Shown in pieces: positions 50,766 through 60,544 of a stretch of DNA of 64,000 nucleotides (its first letter is position 1; each line of letters opens with the position of its first letter). The notes under the pieces were generated by a model. The model searched no databases and was not told where the DNA came from. It worked only from the letters and a program-made list of their open reading frames with translations. Both the position numbers and the translations under genes were made by a program. Source of the DNA: a virus; IMG/VR virus record IMGVR_UViG_3300017971_000214, positions 1 through 64,000 of that record; one strand, 5' to 3'.

Positions 50766-51425
50766 ATGGGAGCTGAGTCGATGACAAGTCTTGTGCTTCT
50801 GAATGTGATCTTCTCGTTGACGGCTATGGTGCCGACCTGCCCTACGGACATGGTGGAGTCCGGGGCGGGAACTTGCATCGACCGATACGAGTGGCCCAAC
50901 AAGCCCGGCGTGAAGCCGCTGTTGGGCGTCAGCGGGATTGCAGAAAAGCACGACGTGCGCGAGGGTCTAGTGATGGACGCTGAGCGGCTTTGCGCCAGCG
51001 TCGGAAAGCGGGTGTGTCGTCTCGAAGAATGGCGATCGGCATGCCGCGGAGAGCAGTCCGCGCGCTACCCGTTTGGTGAGAAAATTCCCAAGCTGCTCAG
51101 CAGGGAAGACGCCCCGTGCAACTTCGCCAAGTTCTTCCGAGAACCGAACTGGATGAAGATCTACAACCGCGACGCCAAGCACATGGCGTGGTTGGATCAG
51201 AGTGAGCCCGCAGGTGCCCGCGAAGAGTGCCGGAGTGCGAGCGGAGCATACGACCTCATCGGCAATGCTGAGGAGTGGGTCCGATGCGGGCAAAAGAACA
51301 AGTGGGGTTGGTGCTTGGTCGGCAGGTACTGGTCGCAGGCTGTCGACTGCTCCGCTGTAGTCACAGGTCACTCTCCGAATTGGCACAGCTACGAAAGCAC
51401 TGCTAGATGTTGCTTAACTGTTTAG
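50766..51425 (+). CDS. exported formylglycine-generating-enzyme (FGE-sulfatase) domain protein
   Basis: Signal-like N-terminus; CIDRYEWP, GKRVC..EEW..AC, YPFG and YDLIGNAEEWV. Confidence 0.8.
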   Translation: MGAESMTSLVLLNVIFSLTAMVPTCPTDMVESGAGTCIDRYEWPNKPGVKPLLGVSGIAEKHDVREGLVMDAERLCASVGKRVCRLEEWRSACRGEQSARYPFGEKIPKLLSREDAPCNFAKFFREPNWMKIYNRDAKHMAWLDQSEPAGAREECRSASGAYDLIGNAEEWVRCGQKNKWGWCLVGRYWSQAVDCSAVVTGHSPNWHSYESTARCCLTV

Positions 51426-51462
51426 TAGACAAGAGCCTTCGCAGCAGGATACAGTCGCATGC

Positions 51463-52227
51463 ATGAAGCCCGGAAGGCCGCCGAAACATGGGCATGCGAA
51501 GACTGGGTTCAGGACTTCTGAGTACGTCGCTTGGGTGAGCATGATCTCTAGGTGCGTCAACCCGTCGCACAAGAGCTTTGGCCTCTATGGAGGTCGTGGC
51601 ATACGTGTTTGCGCCAGATGGTTGGATTCGTTCTCCAACTTCCTTGCGGACATGGGAGTGAAACCAGACCCGTCGTGTTCTGTAGATCGCATAGACCCCG
51701 AAGGGGATTACGAGCCACGCAACTGTCGTTGGGCCACCCCGAAGCAGCAAGCCAGGAACAGGAGAAATACGACGTTCCTTACTTCAGAAGGGACAACGAA
51801 GTCTTTGATGGACTGGGCTGAAGAACTGGGTGTTTCTGCAACTGCTATTCGGGAGCGGCTGCGCCGAGGTTGGTCAGACGAAGAGGCGTTGAGTACGCCT
51901 TTCAAGCCTAGGCTAACGAAGGGGACCGTACTCGCCATCTGCAAAGAGTACGATCTAGGGGGTGTGACGATCACAGACCTAGCAACACGGCACGCCACCA
52001 ACCCTTCTACAGTGCAGGCCATTTTGAGCGGGCGGCAGTGGGGGGACGTGACGGGAAGAACGTACACGCCGGTGGTGGGGAGAAAGAAGCCAGTCCTGCT
52101 GAAGCGCGGGGAATCACTTATCACCAAGATCCGAAGGATGATTGATCGAGGTATGTCCCAGCGGGCTGTGGCGCGCGAGCTGGGAACGTCACACACGACG
52201 ATAGCGCGCATTCTTGAGGAGGACTGA
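51463..52227 (+). mobile_element. free-standing HNH-type homing endonuclease with C-terminal HTHs
   Basis: W.SM..RC...YGGRGI.VC.RW...F..DMG...SVDRID..G.YEP.NCRWAT..QQARN; lower GC than its neighbours. Confidence 0.8.
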
Positions 52228-52228
52228 C

Positions 52229-53611
52229 ATGCTGGAAAAGACCCTAGCCTACCTGATGATCTTGATGTTCTCGCGCGAGGCGCCAGGCATCATGAAGAAC
52301 ACGCCTCAGATGGAGGCACGCCGTCAGGAAATCACCCAGCTCGCGAAGATCCACGCGGAGGTGGCTGCCCCCGGCCACTTGGTTGACCCACAGACCGACG
52401 CCGCCCTTCTCGCAGCAGTCAGCTGGTTCGAGTCTCGTCACATGCTCAAGCCGCGTGACGGCGACGCACGCTACAACCAGGCGCAGCAGAAGCTCGTGGG
52501 CACCGTCGTCGGACCGATGCAGGTGTCGAAGGCAGCTCCGCAGATCGTGCCCACGTGGTCCATTCTGGGTCCGAAGTACAAGGGGCTCACGGTCGAGAAG
52601 ATGCGCGACCCCCGCAAGAACGTCGAGTTAGCCTACGACATCCTTCGTCAGTGGAAGGACCAGTGCGAGGGTTCACCCGGCGTTTGGATCACCGCCTACG
52701 GCTGGGGCCGTTGCCCTGGGAAGACCTTCGGGCCGAGCGAGCGCACGGTCGACTGGGAGGGCAAGCGTCGCTGCAAGCTCGCAACCCAGACGATGATCCG
52801 CATGGAGAAGGCAGCGCGCACGGACCCCAACTTCACCTACACCGTCCCGAAAGACTGGTACTGCGGTCATGAGACAGGGGTGACGAAAGCATCCCTCAGC
52901 TCAAAGGCCCCCGCCGATCCTACCGAGGAATGGCTTCTCGAACTCGCGCTGAACTTCGCGCCGCCTGCACGAGCCCACCAGTTCCCTGGCTGGGAAGAGA
53001 CCGTTGCGGAACGCACGGCCCGATACCGAGAAGTCGTGAAGGACATCCGAGAAGTCGTGTTCGACAAGAAGCAGCGCCCCATTCCTGGGATGTCTCGGTC
53101 CCGCACGGCGGCCTACATGTTGGCTCTGGGCATTGGAGAGAGCGGGCTCGACCCTGATGCGGACAAGGGGCCGTGCTACCGCGACAAGGGTTGGTGGCGC
53201 CGGTGCGACGCGGGGCAAGCCGCGAGCATGTGGCAGGTGAAGATCGGAAAGGGTTTTCTGTTCGACCGGGATCAGAATCGAATCTGGATGAAGGACCTTT
53301 TCGCCGACCGCAAGGTGGCACTGCGCATCGCCCTTCGAGCTGTGCGCGGGTCGTTCTGGGCCTGCCGGAAGTCCGAGCCCAAGCACCGCCTCGCGGTCTA
53401 CGGTTCAGGTTCCTGCTCGAACAAGGCCGGCATGGTCGGTTCGGAAAAGAGGTACGCTCTTGCCACCAAGCTGTGGGGGCACACTACGATCCCTAAGCCC
53501 GCGCCGACGCCTCCAGAGGCGGAAGAGAAGCCCGAACCCGAAAAGGACCCAGATCGCGTAGTTCTTCAGACCGTTCCAGGTCCAGTGGCGCTCAAGCCGG
53601 CTACTCCATAG
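52229..53611 (+). CDS. protein with two lysozyme/lytic transglycosylase-like domains (putative muralytic enzyme)
   Basis: WFESR...GPMQV...AY and IGESG...SMWQV...VYG repeat the SLT E-S/GxMQ/AY pattern. Confidence 0.55.
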   Translation: MLEKTLAYLMILMFSREAPGIMKNTPQMEARRQEITQLAKIHAEVAAPGHLVDPQTDAALLAAVSWFESRHMLKPRDGDARYNQAQQKLVGTVVGPMQVSKAAPQIVPTWSILGPKYKGLTVEKMRDPRKNVELAYDILRQWKDQCEGSPGVWITAYGWGRCPGKTFGPSERTVDWEGKRRCKLATQTMIRMEKAARTDPNFTYTVPKDWYCGHETGVTKASLSSKAPADPTEEWLLELALNFAPPARAHQFPGWEETVAERTARYREVVKDIREVVFDKKQRPIPGMSRSRTAAYMLALGIGESGLDPDADKGPCYRDKGWWRRCDAGQAASMWQVKIGKGFLFDRDQNRIWMKDLFADRKVALRIALRAVRGSFWACRKSEPKHRLAVYGSGSCSNKAGMVGSEKRYALATKLWGHTTIPKPAPTPPEAEEKPEPEKDPDRVVLQTVPGPVALKPATP

Positions 53612-53629
53612 CTCGGAGCGGGCAAACGA

Positions 53630-53661
53630 AAGGCCCCATGCCTGGGTAGGCGTGGGGCCTT
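53630..53661. terminator. hairpin between convergent genes
   Basis: AAGGCCCCATGCCT-gggt-AGGCGTGGGGCCTT. Confidence 0.7.
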
Positions 53662-53682
53662 CGTCGTTGCTGGGGTTGTGGT

Positions 53683-54030
53683 TCAGCCCTTGTCCGTGCA
53701 GGCGTGGCGGTCCTCGCACGTTTCGATCTTCGCTATGCACGCAGGGTGCAAGTCCACGCCGTTCTTCTCGGCGTTCTTGAAGACATCCACGCAGCTCACG
53801 CCTCCCGGCGTAGGCTCCCACAGAGGGCGCCCATCACGGGACATGCACTGCAACTCCTCGTAGCGCTTGCACGCCGCCTCCGCCGGATCCACGTCCGGAG
53901 GGAGCACAGGGTCTGGCTCTACGCCGGCATCCGGAGCTGTTGGGATGTGGGGATCCGGGCAAGCCGGGCACCCTACAGCCGTGACGGCGAGGAACAGTAC
54001 AGGGGTCAGTAGTAAAAGCAGCTTCTTCAC
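53683..54030 (-). CDS. Cys-rich lipoprotein
   Basis: MKK-hydrophobic signal ending in AVGC lipobox. Confidence 0.7.
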   Translation of the reverse strand: MKKLLLLLTPVLFLAVTAVGCPACPDPHIPTAPDAGVEPDPVLPPDVDPAEAACKRYEELQCMSRDGRPLWEPTPGGVSCVDVFKNAEKNGVDLHPACIAKIETCEDRHACTDKG

Positions 54031-56069
54031 TTCACGAACTCCTTAGGGATCTTGACTGCCCACCAGTCAGTGACTTGATGCCAAGCCACCCACTCCCAGG
54101 ACATCCGAAAGAACCCTCCCGAGTGGAACCCAGAGGGATCTGACGCACCCCAATCCTTGCCCCAGGAATTGAGAACCCAGAGGCCGTCTTGGTCGTAGGC
54201 CACGGCGCACATCATGTGCCGCCCGCTGAACCCCTTGGGAGGCTTCAGCGGCTCGGGGTTCTTGATGCCCTTGTAGCGCTTGAAGTCGTCATCGACGATG
54301 GTGCCGAAGATGACAGGGTGGCCCTGGGAGATTGCCGACCGCACTTCTTCAGCTCGGCCTGAAAGGCCCCAGATGTTGTAGTAGCCCTCGATCCACTGCT
54401 GGTCGATGGCCGCGGCAGTGGCGTCGAAGTCCGGAGGTCGGTTGATGTTGGCCGGATCGAAAGCCCACATCTTCTCCTCGCAGAAGCCCATCCCTTTGGT
54501 GGCCTGCCAAGCGAGTCTGGGGAAGCATCCGAGATCTAGCTTCTCGGTCCCTCCCCGGTTGCGCGTGTGCCAGTAGCCGAACATCACGCTGAGGGGCTTA
54601 CGGTCAGCTATTCCGTGGACGCCCTGTGCGATGAAGTGCTGCTGTTGGATCGACTGCCACACGCAGTTATGTACGGCCACTCCGTCCGCGATGTAGGTGT
54701 GGTCCCCTTCCACTTCTAGGTTGTAAACCGGGAAGTTGGCCGGGGTTTCAGGGATGTTCACTTCACGGATACGACACAAGAATCCCAGATCGTGTTCCTT
54801 GTACCAGGAGTAGGATGCGATAGTAACGTCGTGCTCCTCCAGAACCTCTTGAAACTCGGGGAACACTCGGAGGATGTTTTTCCCATAGAGACTCAGTTCA
54901 CGCCCAGGGGCGTTCTGATGATCTTGTTCGCGTCGGAGTTGGGTGCTCAGCTTGACTCCGCTAATGGAAGCCAGCCTAAATAGCCCCCGATGGAGGGCTT
55001 TGGAGCTGGTGACTCCTTGAACAGCGGCACTCTTTCGTATCGAGCCGTCTTTCTTCTTTCGGAATCTTACCGGCTCTGAACTGCCGTCTCCTTCAAACCA
55101 ACCTCGAAGAACGGCCAATCGAGTCGAGAGCGGAGCGCGGAAACACACCGTAGGCATGTACTTGTGCAGCGCTCCCTCCCCACAAAGATTGTGGAATACC
55201 TGGGCTAAGGTGGAATTGTGGACCAGCACGCGGGAGGTTGACTCCCTGGATGGGGGCTCGTCCAAAACCCCTTCTACCCCGAATACATCGCCCAGAGCCT
55301 CGATCACGAAGTTGTGCAGGGTGCTTTCTTCGCGGGCAAAAGTGAAAGCAAGCCCCTGGAGGGTTCCCGAAGGCTTCAGGAAAGATCCCTCAGCCAAGAA
55401 CAGTCCGATGAGACGTCCGAGAGTAGAGTCCAACACGACTTCGGACGGAAGTTCGCTCCCTTTCCTACCCTGATACGCTCGAATCTTGTCATTTTCCTCC
55501 CAGAAGTCGCCTTCCAGATAGTCACGTGGACATAGGACTGCATCGGGCTTGTCACCTGACAGATCCAGGTTGGCCGGGAGAAGAACGTAATCCCCCCCTT
55601 CCAACTCGGAAGCCCTCTTCCACGTTAGTGGTCCCGCCTCGAAACTACCGTGCTTGGCCCGAGGGGATACATTCGGAAATACAGCGAAGGGGTGTTCCTC
55701 TGTAGCCGTCGCCGGGTAGATCCAACCTTGAACATTGATCTCGTATAGCGTTCCGTTGTAGGAGCGCTCCGAACATTGAGCCACGGTTCCTACTCGGCCT
55801 GTATGAGTCCGAACCCTGTTGCCAGGGACCAACTCTTCGATGGGCCTTTCGGTGAAGTCTTCCATCACGACCAACGTTCCGGCCGGGAAGCACGAGTTGG
55901 TGTTGCGCTGGTCGTTGATGAAGTCGATGAACTGGATCATGTCCATATGCTCAGACGGGGCAGCCGGAAGGCTCACCCCGAACAGAGCAGTTTCATCCCC
56001 GACCAGTTTGAAGTCGCGGTCATCGACCGGCGACGGGATGTATCCCATCCCCCTCTCGACCATCGTCAC
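54027..56069 (-). CDS. papain-like C1 cysteine peptidase interrupted by an intein
   Basis: DQRNTNS|CVWQS, GRHMMCAVAY and LNSWGKDWG catalytic motifs. Confidence 0.88.
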   Translation of the reverse strand: MTMVERGMGYIPSPVDDRDFKLVGDETALFGVSLPAAPSEHMDMIQFIDFINDQRNTNSCFPAGTLVVMEDFTERPIEELVPGNRVRTHTGRVGTVAQCSERSYNGTLYEINVQGWIYPATATEEHPFAVFPNVSPRAKHGSFEAGPLTWKRASELEGGDYVLLPANLDLSGDKPDAVLCPRDYLEGDFWEENDKIRAYQGRKGSELPSEVVLDSTLGRLIGLFLAEGSFLKPSGTLQGLAFTFAREESTLHNFVIEALGDVFGVEGVLDEPPSRESTSRVLVHNSTLAQVFHNLCGEGALHKYMPTVCFRAPLSTRLAVLRGWFEGDGSSEPVRFRKKKDGSIRKSAAVQGVTSSKALHRGLFRLASISGVKLSTQLRREQDHQNAPGRELSLYGKNILRVFPEFQEVLEEHDVTIASYSWYKEHDLGFLCRIREVNIPETPANFPVYNLEVEGDHTYIADGVAVHNCVWQSIQQQHFIAQGVHGIADRKPLSVMFGYWHTRNRGGTEKLDLGCFPRLAWQATKGMGFCEEKMWAFDPANINRPPDFDATAAAIDQQWIEGYYNIWGLSGRAEEVRSAISQGHPVIFGTIVDDDFKRYKGIKNPEPLKPPKGFSGRHMMCAVAYDQDGLWVLNSWGKDWGASDPSGFHSGGFFRMSWEWVAWHQVTDWWAVKIPKEFVK
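54666..55892 (-). mobile_element. LAGLIDADG intein (409 aa)
   Basis: CFPAGT start, ATEEHPF block B, LIGLFLAEGS and LRGWFEGDGS motifs, and VYNLEV...AVHN|C end. Confidence 0.93.
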
Positions 56070-56449
56070 TTCTCCGGGGCCGGGGTGGGAGCAGGGGTGG
56101 CTTCAGGAGCGGCCGTTGCTGGCGCTGCGGGGGGCTCAGGAGCCGGTTTCGCCTCGGGGGCGGCCTCAGGGGCCTTCTCGCACTCGGGGCATTCTGGACA
56201 CGCCCCAGCGGCCCCAGCGGCCTGCGCGGCAGCGGCCTGCTGAGCTGCGAGAATGGAGTCGATGAAGGGCCGAAGCTGCTCCTCGGTCTCACAGACATCC
56301 TTGAACGACACCCCGGTCTGCTCCGCATAGACGGCGCAGGCGTGGCGAGCAGCTTCGAGCGCAGTGCGCGCGAAGGGCTTGATTTGGGGGCAGCCCGTCA
56401 GCACCGTGAGGGCCGCTGCGATGAACACGAATCCGATGAGCTTCTTCAC
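56066..56449 (-). CDS. lipoprotein with Pro/Ala-rich tail (possible spanin-like)
   Basis: LTGC lipobox; coupled to the peptidase gene. Confidence 0.65.
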   Translation of the reverse strand: MKKLIGFVFIAAALTVLTGCPQIKPFARTALEAARHACAVYAEQTGVSFKDVCETEEQLRPFIDSILAAQQAAAAQAAGAAGACPECPECEKAPEAAPEAKPAPEPPAAPATAAPEATPAPTPAPEK

Positions 56450-56880
56450 TTGTCCTTCTCCTTGTCGTCCTTGGAGTCCTCGTCTTCGGAAGCATCTTCT
56501 TCCTTGTCCTCGGAGTCCTTCTTCTTCTCGTCCTTCGAATCCTTGTCGTCTTTCTCCTCTTCGGGATCAACGCCATCGACGACAGCATCGAGAACTTTGT
56601 CGGCCACCTCCAGAGCTGGGAGAGGCTTGGGCGCGTTGGCCTTGCCGTCCACCATCCGTTTGAAGGCGAGCAGGGCTTTGTGCAAGTCGATGCCCATGGA
56701 ACTGCACAGACGGATCAGTGCGGCCATGCGTGGGTTCTTCTTGCCGTACTCGATCCACGCTTCGGGGCTCTTCTTGCGAAACAGAATGTTGAGGACGGCG
56801 CTGAGCACCATCCAGGCTAGGGGAATGAGCCAGTAGCTGTGCTTGGCCCACAGATCTTGCAAAGTCTCTTGAATCTCCAT
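56446..56880 (-). CDS. small membrane protein (holin-like)
   Basis: N-terminal TM helix, charged C-terminus, first gene of the cassette. Confidence 0.5.
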   Translation of the reverse strand: MEIQETLQDLWAKHSYWLIPLAWMVLSAVLNILFRKKSPEAWIEYGKKNPRMAALIRLCSSMGIDLHKALLAFKRMVDGKANAPKPLPALEVADKVLDAVVDGVDPEEEKDDKDSKDEKKKDSEDKEEDASEDEDSKDDKEKDK

Positions 56881-57001
56881 GGGATCCTCCAACGAGGGGG
56901 AAGCATACCGCAGATCTTGGAAGCAGGACCAGCAGAGAGCGGGCACCACGGAAAACTCCCCAGATAGACAATCTGGTCCCTTAGAGGTATGGTGGTGGAG
57001 C

Positions 57002-57613
57002 ATGGGTGAACAGGTGATGATGTTCTCCTCGGACGTGATGCGCGGACCAACTGGGGAACAGGAAATAGAACGCCTTCGTGCTCGGGCAATGGACTGCATG
57101 ATGTGTCGTCTGGCAGAGAGCCGGACGAACGTGGTCTTCGGTGTGGGGAATGCCGAACGCCCTCCGGTGGCCTTCGTGGGTGAAGGTCCAGGAGCCAACG
57201 AGGATCTGAAGGGTGAGCCGTTCATCGGCCCGGCCGGTCAGCTTCTCGACCAGATGCTCGACGCGATGGGGTTGCAACGCCAGGAAGTGTTCATCACCAA
57301 CTGCGTCCTGTGCCGACCACCAGACAATCGGAAACCACACCCCCACGAGATCGGAGCCTGTCGCGAGTTTCTTCTCGGACAGCTTCGAGCAGTGGATCCC
57401 AAGTGCATTGTGGCGCTGGGAGGTTCTGCAGCTCAAGCACTCTTGGGGACCAAGAAGCGTATCGGAGCCCTCATGGGGGAGTGGTACGAGTGGGAGGAGA
57501 CGCCTCTGCGCGCCACGTTCCACCCGGCCTACCTGCTACGCGACCCCTCCCAAAAGCGGAAGGCTTGGGACGACCTCCAGGCCGTTATGCTAAGATTAGG
57601 GATAGTCAAGTGA
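57002..57613 (+). CDS. udg: uracil-DNA glycosylase family 4 (4Fe-4S)
   Basis: CxxC.L, VGEGPG..ED..G.PFIGPAG, CRPP.NR.P and TFHPAYLLR. Confidence 0.92.
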   Translation: MGEQVMMFSSDVMRGPTGEQEIERLRARAMDCMMCRLAESRTNVVFGVGNAERPPVAFVGEGPGANEDLKGEPFIGPAGQLLDQMLDAMGLQRQEVFITNCVLCRPPDNRKPHPHEIGACREFLLGQLRAVDPKCIVALGGSAAQALLGTKKRIGALMGEWYEWEETPLRATFHPAYLLRDPSQKRKAWDDLQAVMLRLGIVK

Positions 57614-58147
57614 TTCCCCCGACAGGGAGACCGGTCGCTCGTGTACTCCTTCAGAGGTTGCTCGATACGTCGGGACTAGGAGAAAGACATGGTGGCGGCT
57701 ACAGCGGAGGAACTAGAAGTTCGCTGCATAGGTTGCGGAAGACCCATTGCAGAAGGTGAAAAGATCTACCGGATCGCCAAGGGAGATCTCGACAGCGGAG
57801 AGTTCGACGAGCACTCGGAGTACGGCTCCATGCATGAGGAGTGCTTTCATCGAGCTGTCGAGTCCCCCCGTTCGGTGCTAGAGGAAGTGCGACGCATCTC
57901 CCGAAAGCAACGACGGCGGAGGTCATGAGCGGTAGAAGCACGATCGACCAGCTGAAGTTGGATTTGGAGCTGGAAGGGTACGAACCCGGAACGCCTCAGT
58001 TCGACGTCATGCTCCGGCAGCGCCAGGTGGAACACTGCGTGGAGATGAAGGAGCTGCCGAGCTGCGAGACGTGCCCAGCATACTTCGACTGCGAGATCAT
58101 CAAGGCACACCTTCGTGACCTCCGGTACGGAGTGGAGATAGATCAAG

Positions 58148-58411
58148 ATGGACCCGATGGAGGAGCAGGAGCTGCTGACCGAAGTGGTTCGGGCGCTGGT
58201 GGATAACCCTCACGTCGTGCAAGTGCACGAACGAAGGTCCAACGGTGCTTCTCACATGATCATATGCGTGGATGCTCAGGATCGCGGAAAGGTCATCGGC
58301 AGGTCCGGGGCCACCATGCGCGCGATGCGCGTACTTTTTGGAAGGATCGCTGCGGTAGAAGGCCGCAAGATCTTCCTACACGTGGAAGGGGACGAGCGCT
58401 GCTCGGCGTAG
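58148..58411 (+). CDS. khpA: KH-domain RNA-binding protein, KhpA/YlqC family
   Basis: ALVDNP..V.V...D.GKVIGRSG.T..AMR. Confidence 0.85.
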   Translation: MDPMEEQELLTEVVRALVDNPHVVQVHERRSNGASHMIICVDAQDRGKVIGRSGATMRAMRVLFGRIAAVEGRKIFLHVEGDERCSA

Positions 58412-59001
58412 GAGACCTTGTGGACCTGATAGCTGTACTTGTTGGCGGAGTCGTTCTAGGCGTCATCCTCACCCTCGGCATTCTGCGGTCTCGTAAGAGC
58501 CCTGCCCCCCATCTCGTGGAAGAAGTCCCTGAGGTGGACGAGCCGGGCGACGTGTACGAGGTAGCCTTCGGGGCCGCGGAGGCGCCAGAGGCCGCGGTGA
58601 CTCGTCGGGGAGGTGCAGTCATCTTCGGGCTGCCGCCGCGGGCACAAGAGCCGCAGGAGAAAGACGAGGAGATCGTGGAAGCAACGATGCAAGAAGACAA
58701 GGTGCTGGTCGAAGGTCACCCCTGTGTCCACCTATCGGGGGAGACCCCGCCCAACTACAAGCCCTCGGAGTGCTCGGGGATTTGCCAAGCCCCCGGCCAA
58801 AACGGTCGTCCCTGTTTCTGGGCTTCCAATGCGGCATCGAAGTGCCCCTACTTCCGCCCCAAAGTGCTTCCCAGACGGGTGAAGCTGAAGCGTGTCGGCT
58901 GACGTTGACAATCGTTTAGCTACCTGCTAGTCTGGTTCCGTCATACCGAATCGATCAGAGGCCGCACTGTGCCGCCGGATGAACGAACGGAGGAACCAGA
59001 A

Positions 59002-59505
59002 ATGAACGAACTGCTCTCAGCGCTCAAGACCCTGTTCTCGCACACCCTGTTCGCTGGGCCTGTTTCCGAACTGTCGATCGCCCAGATGGCGCTCGTCTAC
59101 AAGTTCGTGGACGCTGTCGAGAAGGCGGCGCAGGCGCGCAAGAAGGAGCTGAAGCCTACGCTCCTCGCCTACGCGCAGGCCAACGGGGAGAAGACGGAGA
59201 AGGGGCACTATCAGGCGTCTGCGGACGGGCACAAGATCATGAACGAGGTCCGTCAGGCCACTGAGCCTAAGATGGACGACTTCCGGGAGCTACTGGAAGA
59301 GAAGGGGCTCAAGTTGACCACTGCCTTCAACGAGGTGAAGACCCTCGTGTACGACCCGAGCAAGGTGAAGCACCTGATCGACGTAGGCAAGCTGGAGGCA
59401 GACGAAGTCGACGAGCTGCGCAGCACCAGCCATGCGCTGAAGGTCACGCTGAGCAAACCAGCGGCCAAGGAGCTGAAGGAGTCTCTACCCCCGAAGGGGG
59501 AGTGA
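59002..59505 (+). CDS. hypothetical protein
   Basis: GGAGG RBS; follows the promoter at 58906. Confidence 0.7.
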   Translation: MNELLSALKTLFSHTLFAGPVSELSIAQMALVYKFVDAVEKAAQARKKELKPTLLAYAQANGEKTEKGHYQASADGHKIMNEVRQATEPKMDDFRELLEEKGLKLTTAFNEVKTLVYDPSKVKHLIDVGKLEADEVDELRSTSHALKVTLSKPAAKELKESLPPKGE

Positions 59506-59713
59506 TGTCCTGGATCGGCAACCAGCTGTTGCCGGCCGTCATGGATGCGCTGCACGCGCCGGGCGGTAGCGGGGAGTTCCGAAGGCCCTCGTCTGCCGCC
59601 CAGCTTGCGAGCTGGCTCCGTGCGGTTGGCTGCGAGTCCGAAGCGAAGTACGTCGAGAAGATGAACGAGGCTACCTTCCAGACGCTTCTCGACTACTTCC
59701 CCCTCGAAGACTC

Positions 59714-60265
59714 ATGAGCCTACCAGAGAACCTGCACACAGCGGAGGGGGCGTTGGAGTTCGCGGAGGTGGTGTTTCGATCCGCCAAGGCGAGGTTCGAC
59801 GAGCGCGGGGCCGTTGGCGCCGCGTCGTTCCTTCTCGTAGATCTAAACCCTGAAACCGGTGAGCCCTTCGAGGACGGTACGAAGGTGACCGTGGTGGAGG
59901 GAGGCGACCAGACGCCAGAGCAGCACGCGGCCGTCGTGGGCAGGAACGCCAAAAAGTATCGAGCTGTAGGAATCCTCACGCTGTTCGAGGCTTCGATCGG
60001 TGACGTATCCGAGGACGACGGCCCTTCAGAGAGCGAAGAGATGAACGAGTTCTTGTCCGGGTTCGAGGACACCGATCCGGACGTCAAGGTGACCCCCGCA
60101 GTGCTCGCGACATTCGAGCACCTGCGGTTCCGACCGCGCACGCGGGTGTGGGGTGCGCCCGTGATGACTGTGGACGGCTCGAAGGTGCTCGGCGCTTTCG
60201 AGGAACGAACCAACGAGGTGCAGGGGCTCAACCACTTCGGGAGCATCCTGACCTTCTACGACTGA
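59714..60265 (+). CDS. hypothetical protein
   Basis: Coupled ORF. Confidence 0.65.
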   Translation: MSLPENLHTAEGALEFAEVVFRSAKARFDERGAVGAASFLLVDLNPETGEPFEDGTKVTVVEGGDQTPEQHAAVVGRNAKKYRAVGILTLFEASIGDVSEDDGPSESEEMNEFLSGFEDTDPDVKVTPAVLATFEHLRFRPRTRVWGAPVMTVDGSKVLGAFEERTNEVQGLNHFGSILTFYD

Positions 60266-60544
60266 GGAACCATGAGAGACGGCAGTGGAAGCAACGATTT
60301 CGAGATCTCGGTGGAGGTACTGGTGGAAGGGCGAAACGCCATCAAGGTGCTGACCGAGCATGGCGACGAGGCGTGGATACCTCACTCCCAAATCCGCCAG
60401 GGGTCGGACGTGGAAAGCAGCGGGGACGAGGGCGTGCTCATCATACCGATGTGGCTAGCTCGCAAAGAAGGCTGGGCGTAGGCGCCACGCTTTACAATAG
60501 GCAGCACACTTGGTAACTTCGGAGCACGAAAAACTGGAGGAGAG

